Below, piece by piece: positions 28,880 through 39,630 of a stretch of 64,000 nucleotides of DNA. The notes below the pieces were generated by a model, which worked only from the letters and a program-made list of their open reading frames with translations, was not told the origin of the DNA and made no database searches. The stretch comes from Minisyncoccota bacterium (GTDB taxonomy: Bacteria; Patescibacteriota; Minisyncoccia; UBA6257; 2-01-FULL-56-20): contig DATAXS010000006.1 of the NCBI GenBank assembly GCA_036266715.1, positions 1,757 through 65,756 of the forward strand, read 5' to 3'. Every line of letters starts with the position of its first letter. Within the stretch, counting starts at the first letter, position 1. The position numbers and the translations under genes are program-made.

Positions 28880-30469
28880 TCAACTTCCGTTGAGTGCCGC
28901 GCGGGTCCTTGGGCCTACGGAGCCCCAGCCCGTGGTTCCCGGGTTCCCCGAACAAATGATCGCTTGGGCGCACTGGAATTGCTCTACCGCTTTTTGGGTC
29001 AGTGCGCCAAAATAGCCCGTGTCGTATCCTTGCCCAAGGTATCCGTCCTCAATAAGGAATATTTGCAAGTTTTTTACGGCGTTATTACTGAGGCCAAAGT
29101 AGAGTGCGGTGCTGAAATAGAATAATGGCGGCGTGGCGATCGTAGTGTTGTTTGTGGTGCCGGAATTCGGACTCGGGGTAGCTGGGGACGTCGGTGTGGG
29201 AGTGAGATAGAGGTTATTTATAGAAACGGGTGGTGGAGTGGCTGCCGGGGTTGGGGTTGTGACGGGATTTTGTGCGAGCGTGGTGGCCGAGACGGTATTG
29301 GGCGCCGAGATGTTGCCCGATGCGTCATATGCCTGGACGGTGTAGGAATATGTGGTGTCGGTGGCGAGGCCGGTATCTTGATATGAGGTCGAGGTTGCGG
29401 AGCCAAGTGCGGCGATCTCGCCCCCGTTCCGGTCAAGATAATATCCCACGACTCCCACGTTGTCCGTGGACGCCTGCCAGGTGAGATCTATTTCCGAAGC
29501 GGAAACCGGGGTGGCGTAAAAATAATGGGGGATGGAGGGCGGCGTCGTGTCCGCCGCGAGTGTAGCTGCTTGTACAAGGTAACTTTGTGCGGAGACGTTC
29601 CCTGCCGCATCAAACGCGGCGACGGTATATGCGTACGTGGTTGCCGGGGAAAGGCCGGTGCTCGCGTAGGCGGTCGGCGTGGAAGAAACGGTGGCGATCT
29701 CCGCGCTGTTCAGATATATATAGTAGCCCACGACTCCCACATTGTCCGTGGACGCCTGCCAGGTGAGATCTATTTCCGTGGGGGACTTTACCGCGAGATG
29801 CAGCAGGGAAGGCATCGAAGGAGGCGTGAGGTCGGACAGGGTGCTCGCGTGCATCGTTTGCGAGGTAGCAGTGTTCCCGGCCGCATCAAACGCCACAAGC
29901 GCATAGGTAAAAGAATTGCCCGGCAAAAGTCCCACGTCGTCATACGTGGTTCCCGAAATCGGAGTTGGGAGAGGGACTTTGTTGCCGTTTCTGTAGAGAT
30001 AATATCCCACTACGCCAATATTGTCCGTGGAAGCAGTCCATGTGAGCATCACGGAAGAGGTCGCCGGCACGAGCGAGATCCAGACGGGCGCGGTGGGCGG
30101 GGTGACATCTTTTATGATGGTGACGGGTGCGGACGCCGTCGATTGCGGTGACATTGCGCCTGCCGCGGTAAACGCGGCAACGGTATAGGTGTAGGTGCCG
30201 GGCGGAGCGGTATCAATGATATTCGCGTTCGGCGTTTCCGTGACGAATCCGCCATTACGATAAACGTAATATCCCACGACGGCGCTGTCCGTAGATGCCG
30301 CCCACGAAACACTGACTTGCTGGAGCGGCACGGTGGGACTCGCCGAAACGCTCGTTGGTGCGGCCGGCACGGCGCTCACGGACTGTGCCTGCGCAAGGCC
30401 GGCAGCGGTAAAGAGGACAAAAAGCCCCGCGAGGGAAAGGACCAAAAGCGTTTTTCTTCGGCCGCTCAT
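28880..30469 (-). CDS. secreted protein with four fibronectin-III-like repeats and C-terminal peptidoglycan-binding domain
   Basis: Signal peptide (start set at MSGRRKTLLV). Repeats ...W.ASTD..GVVGYY.YRNG.... C-terminal LQIFLIEDGYLGQGYDTGYFGALTQKAVEQFQ matches PG_binding_1. Confidence 0.6.
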   Translation of the reverse strand: MSGRRKTLLVLSLAGLFVLFTAAGLAQAQSVSAVPAAPTSVSASPTVPLQQVSVSWAASTDSAVVGYYVYRNGGFVTETPNANIIDTAPPGTYTYTVAAFTAAGAMSPQSTASAPVTIIKDVTPPTAPVWISLVPATSSVMLTWTASTDNIGVVGYYLYRNGNKVPLPTPISGTTYDDVGLLPGNSFTYALVAFDAAGNTATSQTMHASTLSDLTPPSMPSLLHLAVKSPTEIDLTWQASTDNVGVVGYYIYLNSAEIATVSSTPTAYASTGLSPATTYAYTVAAFDAAGNVSAQSYLVQAATLAADTTPPSIPHYFYATPVSASEIDLTWQASTDNVGVVGYYLDRNGGEIAALGSATSTSYQDTGLATDTTYSYTVQAYDASGNISAPNTVSATTLAQNPVTTPTPAATPPPVSINNLYLTPTPTSPATPSPNSGTTNNTTIATPPLFYFSTALYFGLSNNAVKNLQIFLIEDGYLGQGYDTGYFGALTQKAVEQFQCAQAIICSGNPGTTGWGSVGPRTRAALNGS

Positions 30470-30519
30470 TGCTTTTATTATAGCAAACACGGTTTCTGCT
30501 ATGATTAGAATAAACGACA

Positions 30520-31248
30520 ATGGATATTTTGAAGGTTGAGAACCTGACAAAGCGTTTCGGAGATGCGGTCGCGGTAAAAGGCGTTTCGCTCGCCATAGAA
30601 CGCGGCAAAGTGTATGCGCTCATTGGGCCGAACGGGTCGGGGAAGACGACGCTCGTAAAGACCGTTGCGGGACTCCTCCATCCTTCGCAGGGAAAAGTTC
30701 TCGTGAACGGTGCGGATGCGGTGCGGGATCCGGTCACGGCCAAAGCGGCAATCGGTTACATTCCGGACGAACCGTCCGTATGGGCCGGCATGACGGGAGA
30801 AGAATTTTTACATTTCATCGGTGCGCTCTTCGGCGTGGCGGAAGCCGCGCGGCGGGAACGGATCGCGGCACTCCTCGCAAAATTCCATTTGGCTGGCATA
30901 GAAAAAGGTTATTTTGAAGATTATTCGCGCGGGAACAAGCAAAAATTCACTATTATCGCGGCGTTGCTCCACGAACCGAAGTTGCTCTTGGTGGATGAGC
31001 CGATTGTGGGTCTGGATCCCGAGAGTGCGGAAATTGCGAAGCACGAATTCCGCGCATTCGCGGACCGCGGCGGAGCGGTGCTCATCGTCACCCACACGCT
31101 CACCGTTGCGCAGGAGATCGCGGATATGATCGGCGTGTTAAAGAACGGGACGCTTGTTGCCTCGGCGCCGTTTGCCGATCTCGTGCGTATGGCCAAGCTT
31201 GATACAAAGGCCGACCTCGTCGCCGTCTATCGCGCGCTTGCGGAGTAA
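30520..31248 (+). CDS. ABC transporter ATP-binding protein
   Basis: Walker A GPNGSGKTT, signature-like region, Walker B LLLVDEP, H-loop. Confidence 0.85.
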   Translation: MDILKVENLTKRFGDAVAVKGVSLAIERGKVYALIGPNGSGKTTLVKTVAGLLHPSQGKVLVNGADAVRDPVTAKAAIGYIPDEPSVWAGMTGEEFLHFIGALFGVAEAARRERIAALLAKFHLAGIEKGYFEDYSRGNKQKFTIIAALLHEPKLLLVDEPIVGLDPESAEIAKHEFRAFADRGGAVLIVTHTLTVAQEIADMIGVLKNGTLVASAPFADLVRMAKLDTKADLVAVYRALAE

Positions 31249-31255
31249 CGCACAC

Positions 31256-32956
31256 ATGCCTTCGTTCAGAAAATATCTCAAAACGCAAAAAGTTGCGAAG
31301 CTCATCACGATCGCGATCTTTCTCGGCGTGCTTTTTGCGGTGGGGTTTGGTATCTATAGTTTTTTCCGCTGGGAGTTCGGGCTCATTGCGCAGGATGCAT
31401 ACCTGCGCGTGGCGCTCCCGCTCTATTTTTATGAAGGGCTTTTCCTCATCGTTTTTGGGCTGGTCTTTGTGAGCAGTTTTATCACCGGCATGTTTGCGCT
31501 CTTCCGCGGGCGTGACGACATGCTCATCATGGCATCGCCGCGTTACGCGATGGTGTTCAGACGCGCATATTGGCGGACATTTTTACAATCGCTTTGGCCC
31601 ATCGTGGTCATTGTGCTCCCGGCGTTCCTCGGCTCGGCGGCCGTGTTCCCGGTCTCGCTGTGGGGCGGCGTACTTTTCTTTTTGGCCGTTACGTTCCTTA
31701 CGGGTATGTCCGTCGCACTCGCACTCGCATTTTTCATTGCCGTTTCCTGCGCGCTCTATCTCGTGCACCGGTTCTTTTTGAAGTATTTTGGCGTGAATGG
31801 ACTTTTTAGTTTCGGGTTCGCCGCGTTCATCGGCGTGGTGCTCATTGCGATCGCGCTCGTATGGGGTGCTCTGCACGCATGGTCGGGAGATATTGTATCT
31901 TTGTTCGCCCCGTTTGCCGGCGGTGCGGGCGTGGGCACCATTCTTTCCCGCTTCAGCATCTTCCCGTCGCACCTTGCCACGCTCACGCTTTTTGACGCGC
32001 AGGCAGGTTCCTTCGGCGCGGCCGCGCTTGCCTTGCTCGGCCTCGGCCTTATGTATGTTGTTTGCCTCGCCATGTTGTGGGTCGCGCTGCCGTCATTTCT
32101 GCCGCTTTGGCAGCTTTTCCAGGAAGGCACGTTTGAGGCAAAGAAAGTTACCGTGAGGCACGTTTCTGCAGGTGCGGGCGCGGGCACTGGCCTCGTTCCT
32201 TCCGGGTCGTTCCCGCGCGTGTGGAAGACGCCGCTCGGCGCGCTGTTTGAAAAAGAGGGGATCATGATTTTCCGCGACGGGCGCAGCGCGCTCTGGTTCT
32301 TTTTTCTGCTCGCGCTTTGGATGGTGCAGGTCGTGATGGGATTTTTTATCCGCGCAAATCTTTTGAAGTACAGCGTGAACCTCGCCATGATCGCGGCACA
32401 GGTGGAAGCGTTGGAACTCGCGACCGCGATCTATTTCGTGAGTGCGTTCATCGTGCGATTCGTTTTCCCCGCATTCAGCAGCGAGCGGCGCACGGCGTGG
32501 ATATTGGGCACCGCGCCCATCAGCATAAAGAAAGTATTTTGGGCCAAGCTTTTGTTCTATGTATCCGTGTTCCTGGTGCTTGGCGCCGCGTTTTGCGTCG
32601 TGAATCTTTCCATCATCCAGATGGCGGTCGCGCAGGCGCTCGCCTTTGCGGTCTTCGCGCTCCTTATTGTGGCGTTCCTCGTGGCGTTCGGTCTCGGCCT
32701 CGGTGCCATATTCCCGAATTTTGAAAGCGATGATCCGGAAACATTAAGCACCTCATTACCCGGCCTTGGCTTCACCTTCGGCTCGCTTCTTTATGGCGGC
32801 TGGGGCGCATATCTTTTTTACCGTTTTCTTGCCGGAGGTTCGTTCGCGCCCGTGCTCGGTTTTTATGCGCTCACCGTTGCCCTCACCGTTTTCATTGCCT
32901 TCCTTGCCCTGCGTTCGTTGGGCAAAATAGAATTTGTGAAAGAATACCGCGGGTAA
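31256..32956 (+). CDS. polytopic membrane protein, probable ABC transporter permease partner
   Basis: Start 7 nt after the ABC ATPase stop. More than 12 TM helices. Confidence 0.55.
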   Translation: MPSFRKYLKTQKVAKLITIAIFLGVLFAVGFGIYSFFRWEFGLIAQDAYLRVALPLYFYEGLFLIVFGLVFVSSFITGMFALFRGRDDMLIMASPRYAMVFRRAYWRTFLQSLWPIVVIVLPAFLGSAAVFPVSLWGGVLFFLAVTFLTGMSVALALAFFIAVSCALYLVHRFFLKYFGVNGLFSFGFAAFIGVVLIAIALVWGALHAWSGDIVSLFAPFAGGAGVGTILSRFSIFPSHLATLTLFDAQAGSFGAAALALLGLGLMYVVCLAMLWVALPSFLPLWQLFQEGTFEAKKVTVRHVSAGAGAGTGLVPSGSFPRVWKTPLGALFEKEGIMIFRDGRSALWFFFLLALWMVQVVMGFFIRANLLKYSVNLAMIAAQVEALELATAIYFVSAFIVRFVFPAFSSERRTAWILGTAPISIKKVFWAKLLFYVSVFLVLGAAFCVVNLSIIQMAVAQALAFAVFALLIVAFLVAFGLGLGAIFPNFESDDPETLSTSLPGLGFTFGSLLYGGWGAYLFYRFLAGGSFAPVLGFYALTVALTVFIAFLALRSLGKIEFVKEYRG

Positions 32957-32995
32957 CGAGATCATTGTGTTCGGTGTTGTAGTATAATAAAGACC

Positions 32996-33397
32996 ATGAG
33001 CAACAGACCGATACATTTTGAAGTTCAGGCGGACGATGCGGAGCGGGCAAAGAAATTTTATGAGAACGTCCTCGGCTGGAAAATAGAAAAAACCTCCATG
33101 CCCGGAGTGGGCATGGAATATTGGATCATGAAGACGGGCGAAGGTCCGGGGATCGACGGCGGGATGTACCGGCGCAAGGATAATTCCGGGCGCGCGATGA
33201 ACAGTTTTGATTGCACCATTTTAGTGGACGATATGGACAAGGTGATCGCGGCCATTAAGGCGAGCGGCGGGAAGATCCAGGCGTGGGAAGGAAAAGAAAA
33301 ATGGGAAATGCAGGGCCTGGGCTGGTTCTCCCGCGCGGTAGACACCGAAGGCAACGTGTTCGGCTTGCTCCAGGCCACCGAGTGGCAGCCGAAATAG
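32996..33397 (+). CDS. VOC/glyoxalase-family protein
   Basis: IHFEVQADDAERAKKFYENVLGWK is a typical glyoxalase/bleomycin-resistance N-terminus. Confidence 0.65.
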   Translation: MSNRPIHFEVQADDAERAKKFYENVLGWKIEKTSMPGVGMEYWIMKTGEGPGIDGGMYRRKDNSGRAMNSFDCTILVDDMDKVIAAIKASGGKIQAWEGKEKWEMQGLGWFSRAVDTEGNVFGLLQATEWQPK

Positions 33398-33402
33398 CTT
33401 CC

Positions 33403-34185
33403 ATGGTCACTAAGGTTCCCGAGGTGACGATCTACTTCTGGATCGTGAAGATCCTCACGACCGCAATGGGGGAGAGCACGTCGGATTATCTTGTGGCACA
33501 TCTGGATCCCGCGGTCGCGGTGGGGCTTGGATTTTTGGGATTTATGGTGGCCATGGTGATCCAGTTCTCGGTGCGGAAATATATTGCCTGGGTATATTGG
33601 TTCACGGCGCTCATGGTCGCGGTCTTTGGCACGATGGCCGCAGACGTGCTCCATGTCGGGTTCGGTGTCCCATACGCCGTATCGGCAACTTTTTTCTTGG
33701 TTGCCCTCGTCATTATTTTTATTGCGTGGTATGCGAGCGAGAAAACGTTATCTATCCACAGCATCTATACCACGAAGCGTGAGGTGTTCTACTGGCTCAC
33801 GGTGCTTGCGACCTTTGCGCTTGGCACGGCGACGGGGGATCTCACAGCCACCACGTGGGGCTTTGGGTATTTGTCGTCGGGGATCCTCTTTGCCATTCTC
33901 ATCCTATTCGTCGCCATCTTGCATTACGTTACGAAGGCCATCTTGGGCGCGGAACACCGGCATCAGTCGCGCAATGCGGTTCTCGCGTTCTGGGCCGCCT
34001 ATATCCTTACGCGCCCGCTCGGCGCTTCTTTTGCCGATTGGATGGGGAAAGCATCTAGTGCGGGAGGCCTCGGATGGGGCGACGGGCCGGTGAGCCTCGT
34101 TCTCTTCATCTTCATTCTTTGTTTCGTCGCATATCTTGCCGCAACACAAAGAGATGTACAAACAAAGGTGACCGCCCGGTCGTAG
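33403..34185 (+). CDS. membrane protein (COG4705-like)
   Basis: 6-7 TM helices. Recurring YILTRPLGASFADW-type segment. Confidence 0.45.
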   Translation: MVTKVPEVTIYFWIVKILTTAMGESTSDYLVAHLDPAVAVGLGFLGFMVAMVIQFSVRKYIAWVYWFTALMVAVFGTMAADVLHVGFGVPYAVSATFFLVALVIIFIAWYASEKTLSIHSIYTTKREVFYWLTVLATFALGTATGDLTATTWGFGYLSSGILFAILILFVAILHYVTKAILGAEHRHQSRNAVLAFWAAYILTRPLGASFADWMGKASSAGGLGWGDGPVSLVLFIFILCFVAYLAATQRDVQTKVTARS

Positions 34186-34212
34186 TACTAGCACTAGCGT
34201 TACACAAGATTC

Positions 34213-34848
34213 ATGTCATCCTACAAGGCAATTTTTACCAAAGAGCGAGTGCGGTCACTGCTCGTGGCGCTCATCTTGCTCGCGCTTGCGGTGGTATTCC
34301 AGTATTTTGCTTCGGCATACTCAAACCGCGTGTTGAGCAATTCCGTTCCCGACCTGCTTTTAAATATCTTGCCGATAGTCAACCTTAATTTCCTTATCGT
34401 GGAGGGAGCTCTTTTTGCCATTGCCGGAACCGTCATTTTGCTCTTTTTCAAACCGCGCTATCTTATCTTCGCCCTAAAAGCCGCAGCCATCTTTATTGCC
34501 ACCCGGGCGGTATTCGTATCATTGACGCATCTCGGCATCTACCCGGGACAGATCGGTCCTGACCCTACGGGATTCTTTGATCATCTCTATACCGGGCTCG
34601 GCCTGGAGGCAGGATTCTTTTTTTCGGGCCACACCGGGCTCACGTTCCTCATGGCGCTCATTTTCTGGAAAGAGAAGTTCTGGCGATACGCGTATCTTAT
34701 CCTGGCTACCGCCTTCGGCATCGCCGTCCTTCTCGCCCACGTGCATTATTCCATTGACGTTCTTGCCGCGCCGTACATCACCTACAGCATCTTCAAGATG
34801 TCACAGTACTTTTTTAAAGAAGATTACGAGCTGATAAACGCGAAATAG
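34213..34848 (+). CDS. PAP2-superfamily membrane phosphatase-like protein
   Basis: SGHTGLTF (PSGH-like) and HVHYSIDVLAAP (SRx5Hx3D-like) motifs in a 5-TM protein. Confidence 0.5.
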   Translation: MSSYKAIFTKERVRSLLVALILLALAVVFQYFASAYSNRVLSNSVPDLLLNILPIVNLNFLIVEGALFAIAGTVILLFFKPRYLIFALKAAAIFIATRAVFVSLTHLGIYPGQIGPDPTGFFDHLYTGLGLEAGFFFSGHTGLTFLMALIFWKEKFWRYAYLILATAFGIAVLLAHVHYSIDVLAAPYITYSIFKMSQYFFKEDYELINAK

Positions 34849-34947
34849 GATTTTGGGGCAAGAATTTTCGCGCCGGGCCTTCAGCGCATTTTCATGTTCA
34901 AGGGATAATAATGAGCGGATTGGGAAAAGAAACAACTATATATCGTC

Positions 34948-36708
34948 ATGTCGAATGCGCCTCAAGGAGGGTCTGCACCGTCCGCTTTTCGGAAAAAATC
35001 AATAATCATTGGGATTTTCTTCGTGACCATGTCGGGAGTGCTTATGGCGCTCGCCGTGCCATCGCCCGCGTTTGCATCCGTCGCGAACTGGCAAAAAGGA
35101 GCGAATATTTTACCCGCGAACAACACGGATTTTTCGAGCGCGTCCTTTGAGCAGTCATTGCGCGACCTTGCATCGACGGGCGCCAATTATGTGACACTCG
35201 ACATCCCGCTTTACCAAAGCAACATTAATTCGACCGATGTGGGAACGGGCTGGGACACGCCGACGGACCAATCCCTTATCGCCGGCATCCAGTATGCGCA
35301 TTCCATCGGCCTGCACGTGATGCTGAAGCTTATGGTCAGCTCAAATGACGGGCAATGGAGCGCCTACATCAATCCTTCCGATCGCACCACGTGGTTTGCA
35401 AACTACGATGCGCTCGTGCTTCATTATGCGCAGCTCGGCCAGGCGAATGGCGTGGAGGAGCTTTGCATTGGCACCGAGCTCATTAGCATGTCGAGCGCGT
35501 CGGTAAATCCGAGCAACACGGGGAATTGGGAATCACTTATCGGCCAGGTCCGCAAAGTGTTTTCCGGCGCGCTTACTTATGATTCAAATTGGGGCGGTCC
35601 TGGTTTTACGCAGGAAGAAACGCAGATCCAATTTTGGTCGGCGCTCGACTTTATCGGGATCTCCGGCTATTTCAACCTGAGCGGCGACGGGTCCGTTTCC
35701 GCGCTCATGTCGAGCTGGGACTCGTGGAACCAAAGTTTGATCGCGCCCCTGTCCGCGCAGTGGGGGAAGCCGATCCTTTTTACGGAACTGGGGTACCAGA
35801 GCATTTTTGACAGCTACACGGACCCGTGGAACTGGGGCGAAACGGGCAGCCCGAACGTTGCCCAGCAGGCAAACGACTACCAGGCATTCTTCCAATACTG
35901 GAACCAGTATTCTAATTTCGCGGGAGTGGACATTTGGAATTGGTCCAGCGATCCGAACGCGGGAGGCTCAAATGACAGCGGCTACACGCCGCAGAACAAG
36001 CCGGCACAATCCGTAATGGCCCAGTGGTTCGGCCAGTCGGCGCCCGCCGCGCCGCCCGGATTTTCGGCAACCGCATCCGTAACGCCGGGGACGCCTGTTG
36101 AGGGGCAGAATGCCGGGCTTTCCGTCAATGTTGCGAATTCCGGAGGCGCCGTTTCCGGGGCGAACGTGGACGTGGAAATCTATGATTCCGGCGGAACACA
36201 GGTATTCCAGCAGGTATTTTCGGGGCAGAACTTTGCAGGCGGCGGTTCAGGCACCTATCCCGTCGGATGGACCGCGAACGCGGCGGGGGCTTACACGGTA
36301 AAGGTCGGCGTATTCAGCGGCGATTGGTCGCAAGAGTACTACTGGGGGAACCAGGTGCTTGCGTTTTCGGTGACCGCGCCGAGCGGTGGAGGCGGTGGCA
36401 GCGGGAGTGGGAGCACAAGCACGATCCAGGTTTGGTGGCCGACCGATGGCGTGACGGTTACGGGAGTCCAGCCGTTCAAAGCGATGCTTGAGAACATGTC
36501 CGTGGACAATTACTCAATGTACTGGCAGGTTGATGGCGGTCAATTGAATGCAATGCCCTCGAATGAAACCGACTATCCGCACAAGGAAGCGTCCGTCGAT
36601 GTGTCGCCGTGGAACTGGCGGGGGAACGGCCCATACGTCGTCACTTTCGTCGCAAAGGATGCAAACGGGCAAACGATCGGAGAGACCTCGGTCAGCATAT
36701 TTAACTGA
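34948..36708 (+). CDS. secreted TIM-barrel glycoside hydrolase (GH5/GH113/GH26-like) carrying one copy of the VFQQ(V/F)FSGQNF repeat domain
   Basis: Signal peptide. (beta/alpha)8-like N-terminal region (CIGTELISM, WNW aromatic cluster). aa ~370-475 are homologous to the triple repeat in the GH6 protein. Confidence 0.55.
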   Translation: MSNAPQGGSAPSAFRKKSIIIGIFFVTMSGVLMALAVPSPAFASVANWQKGANILPANNTDFSSASFEQSLRDLASTGANYVTLDIPLYQSNINSTDVGTGWDTPTDQSLIAGIQYAHSIGLHVMLKLMVSSNDGQWSAYINPSDRTTWFANYDALVLHYAQLGQANGVEELCIGTELISMSSASVNPSNTGNWESLIGQVRKVFSGALTYDSNWGGPGFTQEETQIQFWSALDFIGISGYFNLSGDGSVSALMSSWDSWNQSLIAPLSAQWGKPILFTELGYQSIFDSYTDPWNWGETGSPNVAQQANDYQAFFQYWNQYSNFAGVDIWNWSSDPNAGGSNDSGYTPQNKPAQSVMAQWFGQSAPAAPPGFSATASVTPGTPVEGQNAGLSVNVANSGGAVSGANVDVEIYDSGGTQVFQQVFSGQNFAGGGSGTYPVGWTANAAGAYTVKVGVFSGDWSQEYYWGNQVLAFSVTAPSGGGGGSGSGSTSTIQVWWPTDGVTVTGVQPFKAMLENMSVDNYSMYWQVDGGQLNAMPSNETDYPHKEASVDVSPWNWRGNGPYVVTFVAKDANGQTIGETSVSIFN

Positions 36709-36791
36709 AGAAAATAAGCGGACGATGATCGATTCACTTCATCTTCATCATGAATGTTGGAAAGTAAAAATATTAAAAAATAAATAAAATA

Positions 36792-39425
36792 ATGATTGAC
36801 CACAAACACGGGGGTGTCGCGGGTGCTGTTTTGCGCGGTGCGGTTGTTGCGGTTTTGGTGTTCGCGGCCGGGGTGTTCGTCGCGCGGGCGGATGCCGGAG
36901 CTGGTGCTGGCGTATCGCTTGGAAATAATACCTACAGCGGGCTGGCGGGCTCCACGGTGCAGGTGTCCGGATACGGCTACATGCCGGGCGAGACGGTGAG
37001 CATTTCCCTGGGGAGCGTTTCTGCCGCGGCTGTTGCGACGACAACCGCCAATCCGGATTCAACCTTCGGGCCGGTCGCGGTCATGATTCCCGCGAATGCC
37101 ACGCAGGGGCCACTCGCGGTCATCGCAACCGGTGCATCGAGCACGATAAGCGCAAGTAACACGTTCTATGTCCAGGCGCTTGCACCTGCTATCACAGCAA
37201 CAAGCACTTCGAATACACCGGGAAGCGTGATTATGATAAGCGGTTCGGGGTTTGCGGCGAACGAGACCGTGCAGATCTCAATGGCGAGTTCGTCCGCCAC
37301 GACGACCGCCGATGCGTCGGGCGCATTCTCCGCGTTTTCGTTCGCTATTCCCTATGTGACCGCGGGCACGCAGCTGATCACTGCCACGGGCCTTTCTTCC
37401 GGCGCGAGCGCGATTGATTATTTCTATGTGGGTGGATTCTATCCGTCCGTCACGCCCTTAAACTATTTTGCGAACTTGGGCAGCGCGGTCACCTTTGACG
37501 GCACGGGTTTTGCGCCGGGCGAGCCGGTCAGCGTCTTTGAGGATGCGAACCAAAGTTCCAGTTTGCAGTTTAATGCGGATCCTTCCGGAAACTTTTTGAA
37601 CGAAGGTCCGGCCACCATCCCGTTCACGTTGACGGCCACATCAACCACGTTCAATTTTATCGGCGCCTCAAGCACTGCAACCACGTCCGTCACCATTGGG
37701 GTGGGCGCGCTCAACCCTTCCGTCGCACCATTCGCTTCCGAGTATTACGTGCTGCCGGGTGAGGTGATCTCGTTCTCCGGCAGCGGCTTTGCGGCGGGGG
37801 AGACGGTCTACGTATTTTCTTCCGCAACGACGACAGCGACCTCCTCCGCGCTTACGAGCTTTGCCGTGGATGCTTCCGGCACGTTCTCAAACGCCGGCGC
37901 GATCACTATTCCCGCGAGCCTTGCGGGCACGTCTCCCACGTTCACGTTCCGCGGAGGCACGAGCGGCGCAGTTGCGCCCGTTGGCCTTACGATCGGGGCC
38001 TATTATCCGGTCATCACGCCTTCCGCGTCTTTCCTCCAACGGGGGAACTCGTTTACCGTGGGCGCGACCGGGTTTGCACCGAATGAATCGATCAGCGTGA
38101 ATGCGTATGGCAATGCCGTCGTGAATGTGACCGCGGATGCGTCCGGCACCGCGAGCGCGGGACCGTTTGACGTGCCGCTTTCCGCCTCAAGCACGATGCT
38201 CGTGACGGCCACTGGTGCCACGAGTGGCGCCTCCTCATCAGCGTCGCTCACGATCGGCGACGTGGTGCCGCAGCAATTTTCTTCAAGTACGCTCGATGTG
38301 GCGTTGAACGTGGATAATACGGCGGGCGGCACGGCATTGCCCGCGGACTTCGCGGTAACAGTTTCCGGCGCGGACCCGAGTCCTGCATCGTTTTCGGGAA
38401 GTGCTTCCGCGATTCCGGTCACGGTGGACGGTGACACGGGCTTTGCCGTGACGGCCGCGGCATCGGACGCAACATCTTCCTTGGAATATTACGTACTTTC
38501 TTCTGCCGGCAATTGCGCGGGCGAGATCGCAAGCGCGCTCACGGACGCCTGCACGTTTACGGAAACATTTGCGATCGCTCCGCCTTCAATCACTATCGCG
38601 CCTTCCAGTTTCTCTGACGGCACGAACGGCACCGCATATTCCGCAACGCTCACTGCGTCAACCACGGTCGCGGGACCGTTCACCTGGACGGTTGCTTCCG
38701 GCACCTTGCCCACGGGTATTTCGCTCGGCACCTCAACCGCATCCACTACTTCCATTTCCGGGACGCCGACCGTGACCGGTTCATCCGACTTCACGATCAT
38801 GGTGACGAGCGGCTCTTCCACCGCCACGCAAGCGTACACGCTGAATATTGATGCCGCGCCGAGCGCGAATAGTGGCGGTGGCGGGGGAGGCGGAGGCGGG
38901 GTTGTTGTGACCAGCGGCGGTGGTGGTGGTGGCGGCGGAGGAGGCGGCGGTGATTTCTCTTACTACCCGATCATTTCTACGCCTGCAGCAACGACGACGG
39001 CAACTGTCGGCACGGGAGGAGTGGTTCTCGGCGCAAGCACTACGGAGGCCGAGTTCCTGGGTGGTGAATTGCTCGCGCTTGAACAAAATCTCGTCACTAT
39101 GCAATTCAAAGTCGCATCCTGTCCCGCTACTTTTACGACCAACCTTAGCGAAGGAATGTCGGGCGTCGCCGTGAAGGAACTTCAGGAAACATTGAACGAC
39201 AGCACGCTCACGCAGGTCGCGGCCACGGGGCCCGGCTCGCCGGGCAACGAATCGACCTATTTCGGCCCGGCAACGCGCAAAGCCGTGACCCTGTTCCAGA
39301 ATGTTTTTGCGGCGCAGATCCTCACGCCGAACGGCCTGACTGCCGGGAATGGTTTTGTGGGTGCTTCCACCCGCGCGCAATTGAACGCACTCTGCAACAG
39401 CGGCCAATCGGTGGCGCTCCAGTAA
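36792..39425 (+). CDS. large secreted surface protein (877 aa): Ig-like repeats, poly-Gly tracts, putative Ig domain, C-terminal PG-binding domain
   Basis: Signal peptide. Repeated (I/V)SGSGFA...E(T/P)V segments. GPFTWTVASGTLPTGISLG. G9-G12 tracts. C-terminal ...GVAVKELQETLN...TYFGPATRKAVTLFQ. Confidence 0.6.
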   Translation: MIDHKHGGVAGAVLRGAVVAVLVFAAGVFVARADAGAGAGVSLGNNTYSGLAGSTVQVSGYGYMPGETVSISLGSVSAAAVATTTANPDSTFGPVAVMIPANATQGPLAVIATGASSTISASNTFYVQALAPAITATSTSNTPGSVIMISGSGFAANETVQISMASSSATTTADASGAFSAFSFAIPYVTAGTQLITATGLSSGASAIDYFYVGGFYPSVTPLNYFANLGSAVTFDGTGFAPGEPVSVFEDANQSSSLQFNADPSGNFLNEGPATIPFTLTATSTTFNFIGASSTATTSVTIGVGALNPSVAPFASEYYVLPGEVISFSGSGFAAGETVYVFSSATTTATSSALTSFAVDASGTFSNAGAITIPASLAGTSPTFTFRGGTSGAVAPVGLTIGAYYPVITPSASFLQRGNSFTVGATGFAPNESISVNAYGNAVVNVTADASGTASAGPFDVPLSASSTMLVTATGATSGASSSASLTIGDVVPQQFSSSTLDVALNVDNTAGGTALPADFAVTVSGADPSPASFSGSASAIPVTVDGDTGFAVTAAASDATSSLEYYVLSSAGNCAGEIASALTDACTFTETFAIAPPSITIAPSSFSDGTNGTAYSATLTASTTVAGPFTWTVASGTLPTGISLGTSTASTTSISGTPTVTGSSDFTIMVTSGSSTATQAYTLNIDAAPSANSGGGGGGGGGVVVTSGGGGGGGGGGGGDFSYYPIISTPAATTTATVGTGGVVLGASTTEAEFLGGELLALEQNLVTMQFKVASCPATFTTNLSEGMSGVAVKELQETLNDSTLTQVAATGPGSPGNESTYFGPATRKAVTLFQNVFAAQILTPNGLTAGNGFVGASTRAQLNALCNSGQSVALQ

Positions 39426-39441
39426 AAATTGAGATAGAAAA

Positions 39442-39482
39442 AGCGGGAACCTCGGAGAGGTTCCCGCTGTGAACTTCTTAAT
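39442..39482 (+). terminator. rho-independent terminator after surface-protein gene
   Basis: gcgggaacctc-gga-gaggttcccgc forms an 11-bp stem, followed by a U-rich tail. Confidence 0.5.
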
Positions 39483-39590
39483 TGGTATGCTTGCCGCGAT
39501 TGCCACGACTTTGCCCTCCTGTCCTGGATTTACACAGTTATGGGTTCAACCCGAAAATATGATAATAAGTTGTATGCTGTTCGTCAAATA

Positions 39591-39630
39591 TTTTGCCCCG
39601 CGGGTGGAGGACGCGAGGACCTGCTTACCG
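39591..39630 (+). repeat. copy 1 of ~30-nt motif family (TTGCYCCGGCGG(G/T)TGGAGGACG(Y)(S)AG(R)AC)
   Basis: ttttgccccgcgggtggaggacgcgaggacctgc. Aligns with the copies at 39897, 40327 and 41993. Confidence 0.45.
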
